A stretch of 61,589 nucleotides of DNA, filler included. It is 8 parts of 8 records of this genome, joined end to end, with 100 filler letters (N's around TTAATTAATTAA, not from the genome) between each part and the next. Parts side by side here need not be neighbours in the genome. Positions count along the whole stretch, not along the records: positions 41,447 to 49,846 come from DRR723986_28256; positions 49,947 to 56,032 come from DRR723986_28289; positions 56,133 to 61,589 come from DRR723986_28305; 5 more parts are not named here. One strand, given 5' to 3'. The translations under genes and the position numbers were made by a program. Shown here in pieces: positions 47,072 to 57,432 of this stretch. Position 1 is the stretch's first letter. Each line of letters starts with the position of its first letter. The notes below the pieces were generated by a model that ran no database searches, had not been told where the DNA came from, and worked only from the letters and a program-made list of their open reading frames with translations.

Positions 47072-47995
47072 ATGACCATTTTTCAGGAACAGTTTCAGCT
47101 TGGGACGACCAAGATCCCCGCAGTTGGTTTTGGCACCTACCTGATAGCCGACGATGACGCCGCGCGGGTTGTGGCCGAAGCGATTATCAACGGCTATCGC
47201 CATATCGACACGGCGGCGGGCTATCACAACGAAGCTGGCGTCGGCGCGGGGATTGCCGATGGAATCGCACGTGCCGGGATCACCCGTGACAAGGTTTTCG
47301 TGACCACCAAGCTGTGGCCCGGAAACGCCGCATGGGGCGATGCGCCCAAGGGCTATGACGAAACGCGCGCCGCGTTCGAGGCCAGCCGCGAGGCGCTTGG
47401 CCTTGATGTGATCGACCTCTATCTCATCCACGCGCCGTCTGGTGCGGATAAGCGGGTGGAACAATGGCAGGCGCTATGTGACCTGAAGGCAGAGGGCCGT
47501 GTGCGCGCCATCGGTGTCAGCAACTATACCGAAGCCCATATCGGAGAAATCCGCGATGCCGGTTTGCCGATGCCGGAGGCCAATCAGATCGAGCTTCATC
47601 CCTGGTCACAGAAACCAGATCTGGTGGAGTTCCTGAGGGCCGAGGGCATCTTGCCGATCGCCTATAGCTCGCTCGTGCCGCTATCGACCTGGCGGGCAGA
47701 GCCGGGGCAGAGCTCTGCCAAGACGGATGACATGAAAGCCGATAGCCGGAACACCGCATCGCCGTTCAAGGAAATGGCCGCCCGCTACAAGGTGTCGGAG
47801 GCGCAGCTACTGCTTCGTTGGGGCGTTCAAAACGGGTTTCCCGTGCTGCCGAAAAGCATGAACGCGGATCGTATGCGGGCAAACCTGGATCTGTTCGGGT
47901 TTGAGATTTCATCCGAGGATATGGCGGTTCTTGCAACGCTGGATCGAGGTGACGGGGTTGCCTGGGTCACCGGCGATCCGCGAGAGATGGGGTGA
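47072..47995 (+). CDS. Aldo/keto reductase (DkgA-like)
   Basis: GAGGAG RBS; IPAVGFGTY, GYRHIDTA..Y.NE, FVTTKLW, DLYLIHAP, IGVSNY, NQIELHP, LPKS; divergent from AraC. Confidence 0.93.
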   Translation: MTIFQEQFQLGTTKIPAVGFGTYLIADDDAARVVAEAIINGYRHIDTAAGYHNEAGVGAGIADGIARAGITRDKVFVTTKLWPGNAAWGDAPKGYDETRAAFEASREALGLDVIDLYLIHAPSGADKRVEQWQALCDLKAEGRVRAIGVSNYTEAHIGEIRDAGLPMPEANQIELHPWSQKPDLVEFLRAEGILPIAYSSLVPLSTWRAEPGQSSAKTDDMKADSRNTASPFKEMAARYKVSEAQLLLRWGVQNGFPVLPKSMNADRMRANLDLFGFEISSEDMAVLATLDRGDGVAWVTGDPREMG

Positions 47996-47996
47996 A

Positions 47997-48062
47997 AAGG
48001 GGGCTCTGCCCCCGCCGCCTTTCAGGCGACTCCCCCGAGGTATTTTGACCAAGCTGAAAGGG
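47997..48062. repeat. REP-like small interspersed palindromic element
   Basis: GGGGGC-tct-GCCCCC, CGCC.ttc.GGCG, CCCCCG.GGTATTTT..CCAAG.TGAA resembles an intergenic repeat I recall from Rhodobacteraceae; single copy here. Confidence 0.45.
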
Positions 48063-48106
48063 GGCGCGTTAAGGTTAATGCTGGTCGATTAACGAAGGGG
48101 TAAGCG

Positions 48107-48883
48107 TTACAGATAGCCTTCGGAGCGGAAGCTGAGCGTCGCGGCCTTGCCAATGATCAGGTGGTCGTGGATCGTGATGTTCAGCACCTCTGCTGCGTCG
48201 CGTATGGCGTAGGTCATGTCCACATCCGCCTGGCTTGGGGTCGGATCGCCCGAGGGATGGTTGTGAACCAGGATCAGCGCCGAGGCGTTCAGTTCCAGCG
48301 CGCGCTTTACGACCTCTCTCGGGTAGACGGGCACATGATCCACCGTGCCGGTTTGCTGCGCCTCATCCGCGATCAGCACGTTTTTTCGGTCCAGGAACAG
48401 GATGCGGAACTGTTCCAGATCGCGGTGCGCCATGGCGGTCTGGCAATAGTCCAAAAGCGCATCCCAGGACGACAGAAGCGGTTTGTTGATCACCTTGGCG
48501 CGTGCCATTCGGTGGCCGATGGATTCCATCAGCTTCAACTCGAACACCACGGCATCTCCGACTCCTTTCACCTCGCGCAGGCGGGCGGGCGGGGCGGCCA
48601 GCACATGGTTGATATCGCCAAATGTCTTGAGCAGCCGCTTGGCCAGCGGCTTGGTATCGCCGCGTCGGTTGGCGCGGAAAAGCAGCATCTCCAGCAGTTC
48701 ATAGTCCGGCACAGCCGCCGCGCCACCGTCGGTAAATCGCTGGCGCAGGCGTTGGCGGTGAAACTTGCGGTGATCTTCAACCAGATCATCCAGCCGAGGG
48801 GCAGGGGGCGCGGCGCTGCCCCCCGGATCGAATTCGAAACCGGGCAGGCGCTGTTCATCGAATCGGGTGGGGCGGTTGGTCAT
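48107..48883 (-). CDS. radC: RadC (JAB-domain) protein
   Basis: [65 protein letters not shown]. Confidence 0.95.
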   Translation of the reverse strand: MTNRPTRFDEQRLPGFEFDPGGSAAPPAPRLDDLVEDHRKFHRQRLRQRFTDGGAAAVPDYELLEMLLFRANRRGDTKPLAKRLLKTFGDINHVLAAPPARLREVKGVGDAVVFELKLMESIGHRMARAKVINKPLLSSWDALLDYCQTAMAHRDLEQFRILFLDRKNVLIADEAQQTGTVDHVPVYPREVVKRALELNASALILVHNHPSGDPTPSQADVDMTYAIRDAAEVLNITIHDHLIIGKAATLSFRSEGYL

Positions 48884-48903
48884 GCCCCGAGGATTCGCCA
48901 AGA

Positions 48904-48922
48904 ATGGTTAATGCCCGGTTAC
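48904..48922 (-). promoter_or_regulatory. Candidate CtrA box upstream of radC
   Basis: Minus strand GTAA-ccgggca-TTAACCAT; one mismatch to TTAA-N7-TTAAC. Confidence 0.4.
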
Positions 48923-49596
48923 TCGGACAAATAGGTCAATCCGTTGGCCACCTGACTGGACAGGCTACGGCGCAGCGTATCGCCATCGGTTACCGGAACG
49001 AGCGCCAGGTTGATATTGGCCACGGTCAGATAGCTTTCAGGACGGTCCGGGTTGGGATGTGCTGTCAGGCGCAGCAGCATTGGGCCAATTGCGGGGTCCA
49101 GGTAATGCCCGATCAGGTGGACACCCATATAGCCCTCGAACTCAAAGACCTCGATGGCCAGAATCTCGGGATTGTCAAATCCCTGCACCGCCATTGGAAA
49201 GATCCTGTCCTGCAACAGGGACACGGACATCTGCAATCGCGCCGCCTGCGGATCTTCGGCGTCTTCAGCCATGGGAATGGTTGCGGTCACCACCTGGATA
49301 TTCTCGACAAACTGGCGCGGTTCACCGGTGGCGAAGGTAAACTTTACGAAGGCGCCGCCATCGGGCTGCCCGTCGGCAATCAGTTCGATCTCATCCCGGT
49401 TGGGGACGGACACTGTAAAGGGAACGGGCACCGGAATGCCATATTGCTGGGAATAGCCCTCGTCGAACAGGAAGACGCGGCTAGTGGTCAGGCCCTCCAG
49501 CTCGAACAGGTTGAATTCCACGCTGCCAGAAACCTGCGCCGTGGCGCTGCCGGTCAGGCCAGCTATCGCCAGAATGAAGGCCAGAAAGATCCGCAT
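48919..49596 (-). CDS. Exported hypothetical protein
   Basis: Sec signal MRIFLAFILAIAGLTGSATA-Q; GAAAGG RBS; lies between map and radC. Confidence 0.7.
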   Translation of the reverse strand: MRIFLAFILAIAGLTGSATAQVSGSVEFNLFELEGLTTSRVFLFDEGYSQQYGIPVPVPFTVSVPNRDEIELIADGQPDGGAFVKFTFATGEPRQFVENIQVVTATIPMAEDAEDPQAARLQMSVSLLQDRIFPMAVQGFDNPEILAIEVFEFEGYMGVHLIGHYLDPAIGPMLLRLTAHPNPDRPESYLTVANINLALVPVTDGDTLRRSLSSQVANGLTYLSE

Positions 49597-49659
49597 GTCA
49601 CACCTTTCGTGATGGGTCAGCTACCCTAGGCAGGTCGGACCCCTCGGTCAAACAGGTGC

Positions 49660-49846
49660 TTAGCCCCAGGTGGGGTGAAATCTGCCGCCGGGGGACAGCG
49701 TGAAGATGTCAAACCCGTTGGCTGTCACACCGATGGAATGTTCAAACTGCGCGCTCAGCGACTTGTCGCGGGTGACGGCGGTCCAGTCATCGGCCAGAAC
49801 CTTGGTTTCCGGGCGACCGAGGTTCACCATGGGCTCGATGGTGAAG
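49660..49846 (-). CDS. map: Methionine aminopeptidase, C-terminal part (absent from the ORF track)
   Basis: Manual translation [61 protein letters not shown]. Confidence 0.93.
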
Positions 49847-49946
49847 NNNNNNNNNNNNNNNNNNNNNNNNNNNNNNNNNNNNNNNNNNNNTTAATTAATT
49901 AANNNNNNNNNNNNNNNNNNNNNNNNNNNNNNNNNNNNNNNNNNNN
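49847..49946. other. Artificial contig linker
   Basis: N44-TTAATTAATTAA-N44. Confidence 0.99.
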
Positions 49947-49947
49947 C

Positions 49948-50412
49948 AAGATCAAGTACGCCTGCGCCCTGACCCAACTGGCGGGTGCGGAAGAAACCAT
50001 CAAGGTTCCAAGCGTGGGAGACCGGGCTCCGCGGGATCTTTCGCGTCAGGCTCTGGCGGAGGTCGTTGAGCCCCGCTATGAGGAGCTGTTCACGCTGGTG
50101 CAGTCTGAGTTGCGCCGGTCCGGGTTCGAGGATCTGATCCCGGCAGGCATCGTGATTACAGGCGGCTCGTCCACCATGGAAGGGGTGGTGGAGCTGGCTG
50201 AAGAAATCTTCCACATGCCGGTAAGACTGGCCTGTCCGCAGGCGGTTTCCGGTATGACGGAAGTGGTCAACAACCCGATATACGCCACTGGCGTCGGATT
50301 GTTGATCCATGGCTTCCGGCAAATGGATCTTGGCCGGGCGCCGGTGCTCAAGGGGGAGGAGGCTCCCTCGCTGGTTGAGCGCATGAAAGCCTGGTTCACC
50401 GGTCATTTCTGA
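49948..50412 (+). CDS. ftsA: Cell division protein FtsA, C-terminal part
   Basis: KIKYACA, LAEVVEPRYEELF, GIVITGGSS, AEEIFHMPVR, PIYATGVGLL, amphipathic C-terminal helix; precedes ftsZ. Confidence 0.96.
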   Translation, partial: KIKYACALTQLAGAEETIKVPSVGDRAPRDLSRQALAEVVEPRYEELFTLVQSELRRSGFEDLIPAGIVITGGSSTMEGVVELAEEIFHMPVRLACPQAVSGMTEVVNNPIYATGVGLLIHGFRQMDLGRAPVLKGEEAPSLVERMKAWFTGHF

Positions 50413-50512
50413 CGGTGTTCCGGTTGCAGTACACGAAGGTCTCTCGAAAAAAACACAACGATTGAAGCAACCGGCCTGGAAAGGCCGGACACAGCACGAA
50501 GGAGTAGGGGAA

Positions 50513-51670
50513 ATGTTTGAACTCGTTGATAATGTTCAGCAGAACGCAGTTATCAAGGTCGTCGGTGTTGGCGGTGGCGGTGGCAACGCCGTTCGTCACA
50601 TGCTCAACAGCGACGTGGAAGGCGTTGAATTTATCTGCGCCAACACAGATGCCCAGGCCCTGAAGGACCTGGACGCACGTCAGATTATTCAGCTGGGTGG
50701 CAACATCACCAAGGGCCTGGGTGCGGGTGCCAATCCGGAAGTCGGTCGCCAGTCTGCACTGGAAGATCGCGACCGTATTGCCGAAGCTCTGAGCGGCTCC
50801 GATATGGTGTTCATCACCGCCGGCATGGGTGGCGGTACCGGCACCGGAGCAGCCCCCGTGGTTGCTGAAGTTGCCCGTGAGCTGGGTATCCTTACGGTTG
50901 CGGTGGTTACCAAGCCATTCCAGTTTGAAGGCGGCAAGCGCATGAGCGTGGCTGAAGCCGGTCTGAAGGAACTGGAAGAGAGCGTTGACTCCCTGATTAC
51001 CATTCCCAATGAAAAGCTGTTGGCAGTCATGGGCAAGAAAACCAGCCTGCTGGATGCCTTTGCCTCCGCCAATGATGTGTTGTTGGGTGCGGTTCAGGGC
51101 ATTGCTGACCTGATTACCCGCAACGGTATGATCAACGTCGACTTTGCCGACGTTAAAACGGTTATGTCCGAGATGGGTATGGCGATGATGGGTACCGGTC
51201 GCGCCACCGGCGAGAATCGTGCCCGTGAAGCCGCAGAAGCCGCGGTTCGCAGCCCGCTGCTCGAAGATATCAACCTGCAGGGTGCCAAGGGTATTCTGGT
51301 CAATATCACCGCTGGTATGGACCTGAATCTGGGCGAGTTCTCCGAAGTGGGCGACATTGTGCGCGAATTCGCGTCCGATTCAGCCACTGTGGTGGTCGGT
51401 ACCGTGATCGATCCGGAAATGACCGACGAGCTCAAGGTTACTGTTGTGGCGACTGGCCTGGGTGGCGAGCGCGAGAAGCCGACCAAGGTGGTGGACAACA
51501 CCCGTACCCTCGATGGCAAGACCGATTACAACCAGCTGGATCGCCCGGCCGTGTTGCGTCGTCGTGCGGTTGCCCAGGGTAATGTGGCGCTGGATCAGAG
51601 CAAAGAAAGCGAAGAACAGGGCGTGGACTATCTCGATATTCCCGCATTCCTTCGCCGGCAGGCTGATTGA
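50513..51670 (+). CDS. ftsZ: Cell division protein FtsZ
   Basis: IKVVGVGGGGGNAV, GMGGGTGTG, INVDFADV, DYLDIPAFLRRQAD. Confidence 0.99.
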   Translation: MFELVDNVQQNAVIKVVGVGGGGGNAVRHMLNSDVEGVEFICANTDAQALKDLDARQIIQLGGNITKGLGAGANPEVGRQSALEDRDRIAEALSGSDMVFITAGMGGGTGTGAAPVVAEVARELGILTVAVVTKPFQFEGGKRMSVAEAGLKELEESVDSLITIPNEKLLAVMGKKTSLLDAFASANDVLLGAVQGIADLITRNGMINVDFADVKTVMSEMGMAMMGTGRATGENRAREAAEAAVRSPLLEDINLQGAKGILVNITAGMDLNLGEFSEVGDIVREFASDSATVVVGTVIDPEMTDELKVTVVATGLGGEREKPTKVVDNTRTLDGKTDYNQLDRPAVLRRRAVAQGNVALDQSKESEEQGVDYLDIPAFLRRQAD

Positions 51671-51880
51671 TAATCTGTTTCAACCGTGGCAGGGCTGGCT
51701 TTACTGTGAATCAGAAAGCATAAGCTTCCGCCTAAGTTGAGCTGATGCGCCATAGCTCATGACTATTGCAAAAGTTAAGTAAAGTCATGTTGGTTAAATG
51801 GTACTCAGTCTTGAATTCTGATATTCTCCGGGCAGTTTTTTGCTCAGAATATCGACTTTTTGTGACGGAATAATGAACCG

Positions 51881-52795
51881 ATGATCAGACAACGGACACT
51901 CAAAAACACCATCCGCGCGACCGGTGTTGGCCTGCATTCCGGGGAAAAGGTATACCTGACCCTGAAGCCAGCACCCGTCGACACGGGGATCATCTTCCGC
52001 CGCACGGACCTCGACCCGATGGTCGAAATCCGTGCCTGTGCGGAGAATGTGGGTGAGACCATGCTGTCCACGACGCTGGTAAAAGACGGTGTCCGTGTGG
52101 CGACGGTAGAGCATCTGCTCTCCGCCATGGCTGGTCTCGGCATCGACAACTGTTTTGTCGAACTCAGCGCTGCAGAAGTGCCGATCATGGATGGCTCTGC
52201 CGGGCCGTTCGTGTTCCTGCTTCAGTCTGCCGGTATCTCCGAGCAGGAAGCGGCCAAGCGTTTTATCCGCATCAAGCGCGAAGTCACTGTGGAAGAGGGC
52301 GACAAAAAAGCTACCTTCCTGCCGTTTGAAGGCTTCAAGGTGAGCTTCGGGATTGATTTCGATCACCCGGTCTTCAAGGGCCGTGCCCAGACAGCGACCG
52401 TGGACTTTTCCAGCACCTCCTTTGTGAAGGAAGTGTCCCGGGCCAGAACCTTCGGGTTCATGCGCGATATCGAAAAGCTGCGGGCGATGAACCTGGCACT
52501 GGGTGGCAGCGTGGATAATGCGATTGTGGTGGACGACTACAAGATCCTCAATGAGGACGGTCTCCGCTACGATGACGAGTTCGTCAAGCACAAGGTACTG
52601 GATGCCATCGGCGATCTCTATCTGTTGGGCAACAGCCTGATTGGTGAGTTCCGTGGTATCAAATCAGGTCACGACCTGAACAACAAGCTGCTGCGCAAGC
52701 TCAGGGCAGAAGAAGATGCATGGGAAGTAGTGACCTTCGATGATGAAGCCACTGCACCTATCTCTTACATGAAACCTGTGCTGGCGGCGGGTTAA
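51881..52795 (+). CDS. lpxC: UDP-3-O-acyl-N-acetylglucosamine deacetylase
   Basis: [43 protein letters not shown]. Confidence 0.98.
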   Translation: MIRQRTLKNTIRATGVGLHSGEKVYLTLKPAPVDTGIIFRRTDLDPMVEIRACAENVGETMLSTTLVKDGVRVATVEHLLSAMAGLGIDNCFVELSAAEVPIMDGSAGPFVFLLQSAGISEQEAAKRFIRIKREVTVEEGDKKATFLPFEGFKVSFGIDFDHPVFKGRAQTATVDFSSTSFVKEVSRARTFGFMRDIEKLRAMNLALGGSVDNAIVVDDYKILNEDGLRYDDEFVKHKVLDAIGDLYLLGNSLIGEFRGIKSGHDLNNKLLRKLRAEEDAWEVVTFDDEATAPISYMKPVLAAG

Positions 52796-52806
52796 GGCGG
52801 GAAGCC

Positions 52807-53256
52807 TTAATCCCGGACGTGGCTGGCGAGTTTTTCGAGAACCTCGCGTAGAGCTTTATCCTTCGTGTGCCCGGCTTCCTCCTGGAGGAGCCGGGCATTT
52901 TCTTTGCTGAGCGGCTCTTTTACCGGTTTGCGTCGGCTGGCGAATCTGGGTGGGCTGACCTTGATTCTGACCTTCCAGACGTAGCGGAACAGTTCATTCT
53001 CCCTCAGTGCCGACATGATCTCGTGCTGGCGGAAGCGCAGTCGCGAGGCTTTGCTCGCATTATCAGTGGACAGCACCAGTTCCCCCTCCCGACAGCTGAC
53101 GAATCGGGTAGCCTCGGACAGTTCTGCGGGAATGGCCGCGAGTACCAGTTGTTCGGCCTGTAGGTGCAGTTCGGCTTTGGACATCAGCTCTTTGAGCGTA
53201 CGGTTGCCAGCCGATCCTTTGCCGAAGATCATTTTTTGATCATTTTTTTTCGTCAT
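52807..53256 (-). CDS. dciA: DciA/DUF721 family protein
   Basis: REGELVL..DNA..ASRLRF motif, L..VLEKLA tail; conserved antisense position between lpxC and M23/secA in Gammaproteobacteria. Confidence 0.75.
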   Translation of the reverse strand: MTKKNDQKMIFGKGSAGNRTLKELMSKAELHLQAEQLVLAAIPAELSEATRFVSCREGELVLSTDNASKASRLRFRQHEIMSALRENELFRYVWKVRIKVSPPRFASRRKPVKEPLSKENARLLQEEAGHTKDKALREVLEKLASHVRD

Positions 53257-53487
53257 GGTCGCTTTTTTCTCGACGAGCCTGTTTACGATTGGTTACACTT
53301 CGGCACGCTTTGTGCGTAGCGCCATTGTTACTCTCGTTTTACATTGTCACGAGTGAGAGAGTCTACCGGGCGCTGCGATTATTCAGTACGTAGTTTTTGC
53401 CAAGGATAGCAGACCCGCTCGGAATATTTCCGGGTCGCAGCACTACAGGGATACGGTTGCGGCTCAACAATGAAACCGAAAGACGAT

Positions 53488-54426
53488 ATGAACGTAATTT
53501 TCGTAGGCAAACGTCACGGTCAGTCCAGGGCAATACCGCTGAATGGGCCGCTGTTGTGTGGCCTGGTCTTTTTGGTGTTGGCCACGCTGGCGGCAGCCGG
53601 ATGGGCTGGCTATCAGGTGGCGATCAGTCAGTTTGAAGCTCGGCAACCCACCGAGTCTGAGCTTGTGGCCGGCTGGAAAGAAAGGCTGCAAGATCAGAAG
53701 GACGAAGTCGCCCGGGTTCGTGAGAACGTGCAGCAGCAGATTGATGCACTGACCCTTCGGCTGGGCCAGATTCAGGGTCGTCTACTGCGCCTGGATGCGC
53801 TCGGCCAGCGATTCGTGGAAACGGGCATGGTCGCCAGCGATGAATTCAATTTTGACAAGCCGGCAGCGGTTGGTGGCCCCGAAGAAGATGCGCTACCCGG
53901 GGATTCCTACACGGCTCCCGAGCTGACGGGCATGATCAATCAGTTGGAACAGCAGATCAACGATCGCGAAAAGCAACTGCGCCTGCTCGATAAAGTCGCT
54001 TCCCGCAAAAAGCTGGAAGATGAGCTCTATGTGCAGGGGCGGCCGATCACCTGGGGCTGGCTCTCGTCCAAATACGGATACCGCTCGGATCCTTTTACCG
54101 GAAAACGTACCTGGCATGCCGGTGTTGATCTGGCAGGCAAGGAAGGCAGCGACATTATTGCCGTGGCGGCTGGTGTTGTCACCTGGGCCGACGAGCGCTA
54201 TGGCTACGGAAATCTGGTTGAAATCGACCATGGCGACGGCCTGGTTACCCGGTATGCCCACGCCAAGGCCATCAAGGTTAAGGTTGGGGATGTGGTGCAG
54301 AAAAGCCAGGTTGTTGCACTGATGGGCAGCACCGGCCGGTCCACCGGCCCCCATGTGCATTTTGAAGTTATCCGTAATGGTAAATCCGAAAATCCCGTGA
54401 AATACATCCAGCGCGCAAGCCGCTGA
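53488..54426 (+). CDS. M23 family metallopeptidase
   Basis: N-terminal TM and coiled coil; SS.YGYR.DPF, HAGVD, YGNLVEIDHG, RYAH, GSTGRSTGPHVHFEV. Confidence 0.93.
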   Translation: MNVIFVGKRHGQSRAIPLNGPLLCGLVFLVLATLAAAGWAGYQVAISQFEARQPTESELVAGWKERLQDQKDEVARVRENVQQQIDALTLRLGQIQGRLLRLDALGQRFVETGMVASDEFNFDKPAAVGGPEEDALPGDSYTAPELTGMINQLEQQINDREKQLRLLDKVASRKKLEDELYVQGRPITWGWLSSKYGYRSDPFTGKRTWHAGVDLAGKEGSDIIAVAAGVVTWADERYGYGNLVEIDHGDGLVTRYAHAKAIKVKVGDVVQKSQVVALMGSTGRSTGPHVHFEVIRNGKSENPVKYIQRASR

Positions 54427-54515
54427 TTCCATTCCCGTGAACCCCGCCTTTTGTCCTGTCGCCAAATAAGGTTAGAATGCCGGCTTCCTCCGTTTAACTG
54501 AAGAAGCAGTGGTCT

Positions 54516-56032
54516 ATGTTCACAAAGCTTGCAACCAAGATGTTCGGCAGTAAGAACGCCAGAGAAATCAAGAGGATGCGCAAAGTAGTCACGCGCATCA
54601 ATGAACTTGAGGAACAGTTTGGCGCATTGTCTGACACCGAGTTGCAAGGCAAGACTGCTGAGTTCCGGCGCAGACTTGATGAAGGTGAAGCGCTGGACAG
54701 CCTGCTGCCTGAAGTGTTTGCCACAGTGCGGGAGGCCAGCCGCCGGGTGATGGGCATGCGCCACTACGATGTCCAGCTCATCGGGGGCATGACCCTGCAT
54801 GAAGGTCGAATCGCCGAAATGAAGACCGGTGAAGGGAAAACTCTGGTGGCTACCGCCGCGGTCTACCTGAATGCGCTTCCCGGTAAAGGCGTGCACGTGG
54901 TAACCGTGAACGATTACCTGGCTCGCCGTGACGCCGAGTGGATGGGCAAACTTTACCGTTTCCTCGGCATGCAGGTGGGAGTGGTGGCGTCGGGCCAGCC
55001 GCCGGAAGAAAAGCGTGCCGCCTATCAGGCGGATATCACCTATGGCACCAATAACGAGTTCGGTTTCGATTATCTGCGCGACAACATGGCCTTCAGCATT
55101 GAGGACAAGGTTCAGCGCGGTCTTAACTTTGCCATTGTCGATGAAGTCGATTCCATCCTGATCGACGAGGCCCGTACCCCGCTCATTATTTCCGGTGCCG
55201 CTGAGGATTCTTCCAAACTGTATCAGGCCGTCAATGCTCTGGTGCCGAGTCTTGAGAAAGGCGAGGTGAGCGAGGAAGGTGAATCCTCCGGTGACTTCAC
55301 CATTGATGAGAAATCCCGTCAGGTTGAACTGACCGAATCCGGTCATGAGAAGGTTGAAGATCTGCTGCTTGGTCAGGGCCTGCTGAAGGAGGGCGAAAGC
55401 CTGTATTCGGCTGCCAACCTGAGCCTGCTGCACCATGTGCACTCGGCGCTTCGCGCCCATCACCTGTTCCAGAAAGACGTGGATTACATTGTCCAGGGCG
55501 GTCAGGTGGTGATCGTAGATGAACACACTGGCCGGACCATGCCTGGTCGCCGGTGGAGCGAAGGTCTGCATCAGGCTATTGAAGCAAAAGAAGGGCTCAA
55601 GATTCAGGCCGAAAGTCAGACGCTGGCGTCGACTACCTTCCAGAACTATTTCCGTCTCTATGACAAGCTGGCCGGTATGACCGGTACGGCGGATACCGAG
55701 GCCTTCGAATTCCGCCAGATCTACGGCCTGGACGTGGTGGTGATTCCGCCGAACAAACCGATCCAGCGGATTGATTACAACGACCTGGTGTACCTGACCC
55801 AGGAAGAGAAATTCCACGCCATTATCGATGAAATCAAGGATGTGACCGCAGAAGGGCGGCCTATTCTGGTGGGTACGGCGTCCATCGAGGCCTCCGAGCT
55901 TCTGTCCATGCTGCTGAAGAAGGCGCGGATTGACCACAAGATCCTGAACGCCAAACAGCACGAATCCGAAGCCCTGATTATTGCCCAGGCCGGGCGGCCG
56001 GGCGCGGTTACCATTGCCACCAATATGGCGGG
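54516..56032 (+). CDS. secA: Preprotein translocase SecA, N-terminal part
   Basis: [53 protein letters not shown]. Confidence 0.98.
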
Positions 56033-56132
56033 NNNNNNNNNNNNNNNNNNNNNNNNNNNNNNNNNNNNNNNNNNNNTTAATTAATTAANNNNNNNNNNNN
56101 NNNNNNNNNNNNNNNNNNNNNNNNNNNNNNNN
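56033..56132. other. Artificial contig linker
   Basis: N44-TTAATTAATTAA-N44. Confidence 0.99.
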
Positions 56133-56133
56133 T

Positions 56134-56412
56134 GCCTGTTTCGTGATGGACGAAATGCTGGCCCCGTTTATTCCACGCTGGCGTGATCTTGGATACGACG
56201 TCATCGTAACCGCAGATCACGGCCAAGACGAACGCGGCCACCATGGCGGCCGGGGTCCATTGCAACAGGAAACGGCGCTGTATTATTTCGGCGACGCCGA
56301 AGGCCCCGAACAAGACGCAGTGATTGATCAGCTGCAGCTGGCCCCGACGATCCTGTCCCGCATGGGGGCACCGATCGCGGACACGATGAAAGCAAAGCCG
56401 TTTCTGAAATAG
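56134..56412 (+). CDS. Alkaline phosphatase superfamily (nucleotide pyrophosphatase-like) protein, C-terminal part
   Basis: MDEML, VIVTADHG...GHHGG, QLQLAPTIL. Confidence 0.75.
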   Translation, partial: ACFVMDEMLAPFIPRWRDLGYDVIVTADHGQDERGHHGGRGPLQQETALYYFGDAEGPEQDAVIDQLQLAPTILSRMGAPIADTMKAKPFLK

Positions 56413-56439
56413 AAATAGATAGGCACACCACACCAAAAC

Positions 56440-56467
56440 AAAGGGCGCCCTGCAACGGCGCCCTTTT
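56440..56467. terminator. Bidirectional intrinsic terminator
   Basis: AAAGGGCGCC-loop-GGCGCCCTTTT between convergent genes. Confidence 0.8.
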
Positions 56468-56496
56468 ACGTTTCACAAATCGTACGAAATCACCCC

Positions 56497-57420
56497 TTAA
56501 TCGTACGGCCAGAGCCCCTGCCCCAACGCTTCGATAGCGATCGAGATCCGCTCAAAGCTGTCTTGGGCGCGTGTCACGGTCGTTCTGGCGCGCAGATACC
56601 CATGCACCAGGCCGTCCTCGTTGATCCAATGGGCTTGTCCCCCAGCCGCCTGAATCCGATCCCGGTAGTCCCGACCATCATCGCGTAACGGGTCGCAATC
56701 TGCCGTGACGATGACCGACGGTGGCAGGCCTGAAAAATCTGTGTCATGCAGCGGTGCGTAAGTTGCATCGCCAACGGGTTCTTCCCCATCAAAACGGACA
56801 GTTTGGTAAAACTGGATTTCCGCCAAGGTCAACAACGGGGCAATGGCATGATCCAGATAAGATCCCTTGCTCATGTCCCCGCCCAGACCCGGATAAATCA
56901 ACACCTGCCCCAGAACGTTATCCAGCCGACCACGGGAATAATGTGCGACGGCCGCTGCCAGATTGCCGCCTGCACTGTCCCCGGCCAAAACCAAAGGATC
57001 CCCAAATTCTGTCGCGGCCCACTGGGTCGCGGTCCAACTGTCTTGAAACTGTACCGGGTGGCGGAATTCGGGACACAAGCGGTAATCAACCGCAACGACG
57101 CGATATCCGGTCTGCACACATATTTCAGCGCAGACATCATCGTGGCTCTCCAACCCACCAACAACAAAACCGCCGCCATGATAATAGACGACGGTTCGTG
57201 TCGGGAGCCCTGCTGAATAGACACGGACCGGTACACCATTGGCACTGACATTCGTGGCGGACACACCGTCCGGGTATCCCTGATGGAATTCCCGGCACAT
57301 AGCGTCATAGACAGCGCGCTGTCCTTCGATGGTCAGCTCGACCGCATCTTCGGGGTAGCTTTCGAGGGTTCGGGCGATAAACGCCCAAGTTTCCTCATCA
57401 ATCAGCGCGTTATAGTCCAT
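56497..57420 (-). CDS. Alpha/beta hydrolase (HSL-family esterase)
   Basis: YYHGGGFVVG, VDYRLCPE, GDSAGGNL, DPLRDDG, LVHGY. Confidence 0.93.
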   Translation of the reverse strand: MDYNALIDEETWAFIARTLESYPEDAVELTIEGQRAVYDAMCREFHQGYPDGVSATNVSANGVPVRVYSAGLPTRTVVYYHGGGFVVGGLESHDDVCAEICVQTGYRVVAVDYRLCPEFRHPVQFQDSWTATQWAATEFGDPLVLAGDSAGGNLAAAVAHYSRGRLDNVLGQVLIYPGLGGDMSKGSYLDHAIAPLLTLAEIQFYQTVRFDGEEPVGDATYAPLHDTDFSGLPPSVIVTADCDPLRDDGRDYRDRIQAAGGQAHWINEDGLVHGYLRARTTVTRAQDSFERISIAIEALGQGLWPYD

Positions 57421-57432
57421 GTATCCTCCCGA

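Noticed and set aside
48107-48883. RadC/JAB protein as a mobile anti-defence or CBASS-associated JAB
   Set aside because: It is a full-length chromosomal-type RadC with an N-terminal HhH region in the usual map-radC context, with no mobile or defence genes adjacent.
54204-55961. Long antisense ORFs (585 aa opposite secA; also 19930-21186, 41399-42670, 51794-52591, 14945-15598)
   Set aside because: They are shadow frames of highly conserved, codon-biased genes and show no recognisable motifs.
41447-56032. Two secA pieces (C-terminal at 41447, N-terminal at 54516), suggesting a split or duplicated secA
   Set aside because: They lie on different contigs with alphaproteobacterial versus gammaproteobacterial neighbourhoods; each is simply truncated by a contig end.
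8195-56132. Seven identical TTAATTAATTAA palindromes flanked by N-runs, superficially a dispersed repeat family
   Set aside because: Identical 100-bp N44-12-N44 layout with stops in all six frames marks an artificial contig joiner; ORFs ending in X...LIN are artefacts of it.
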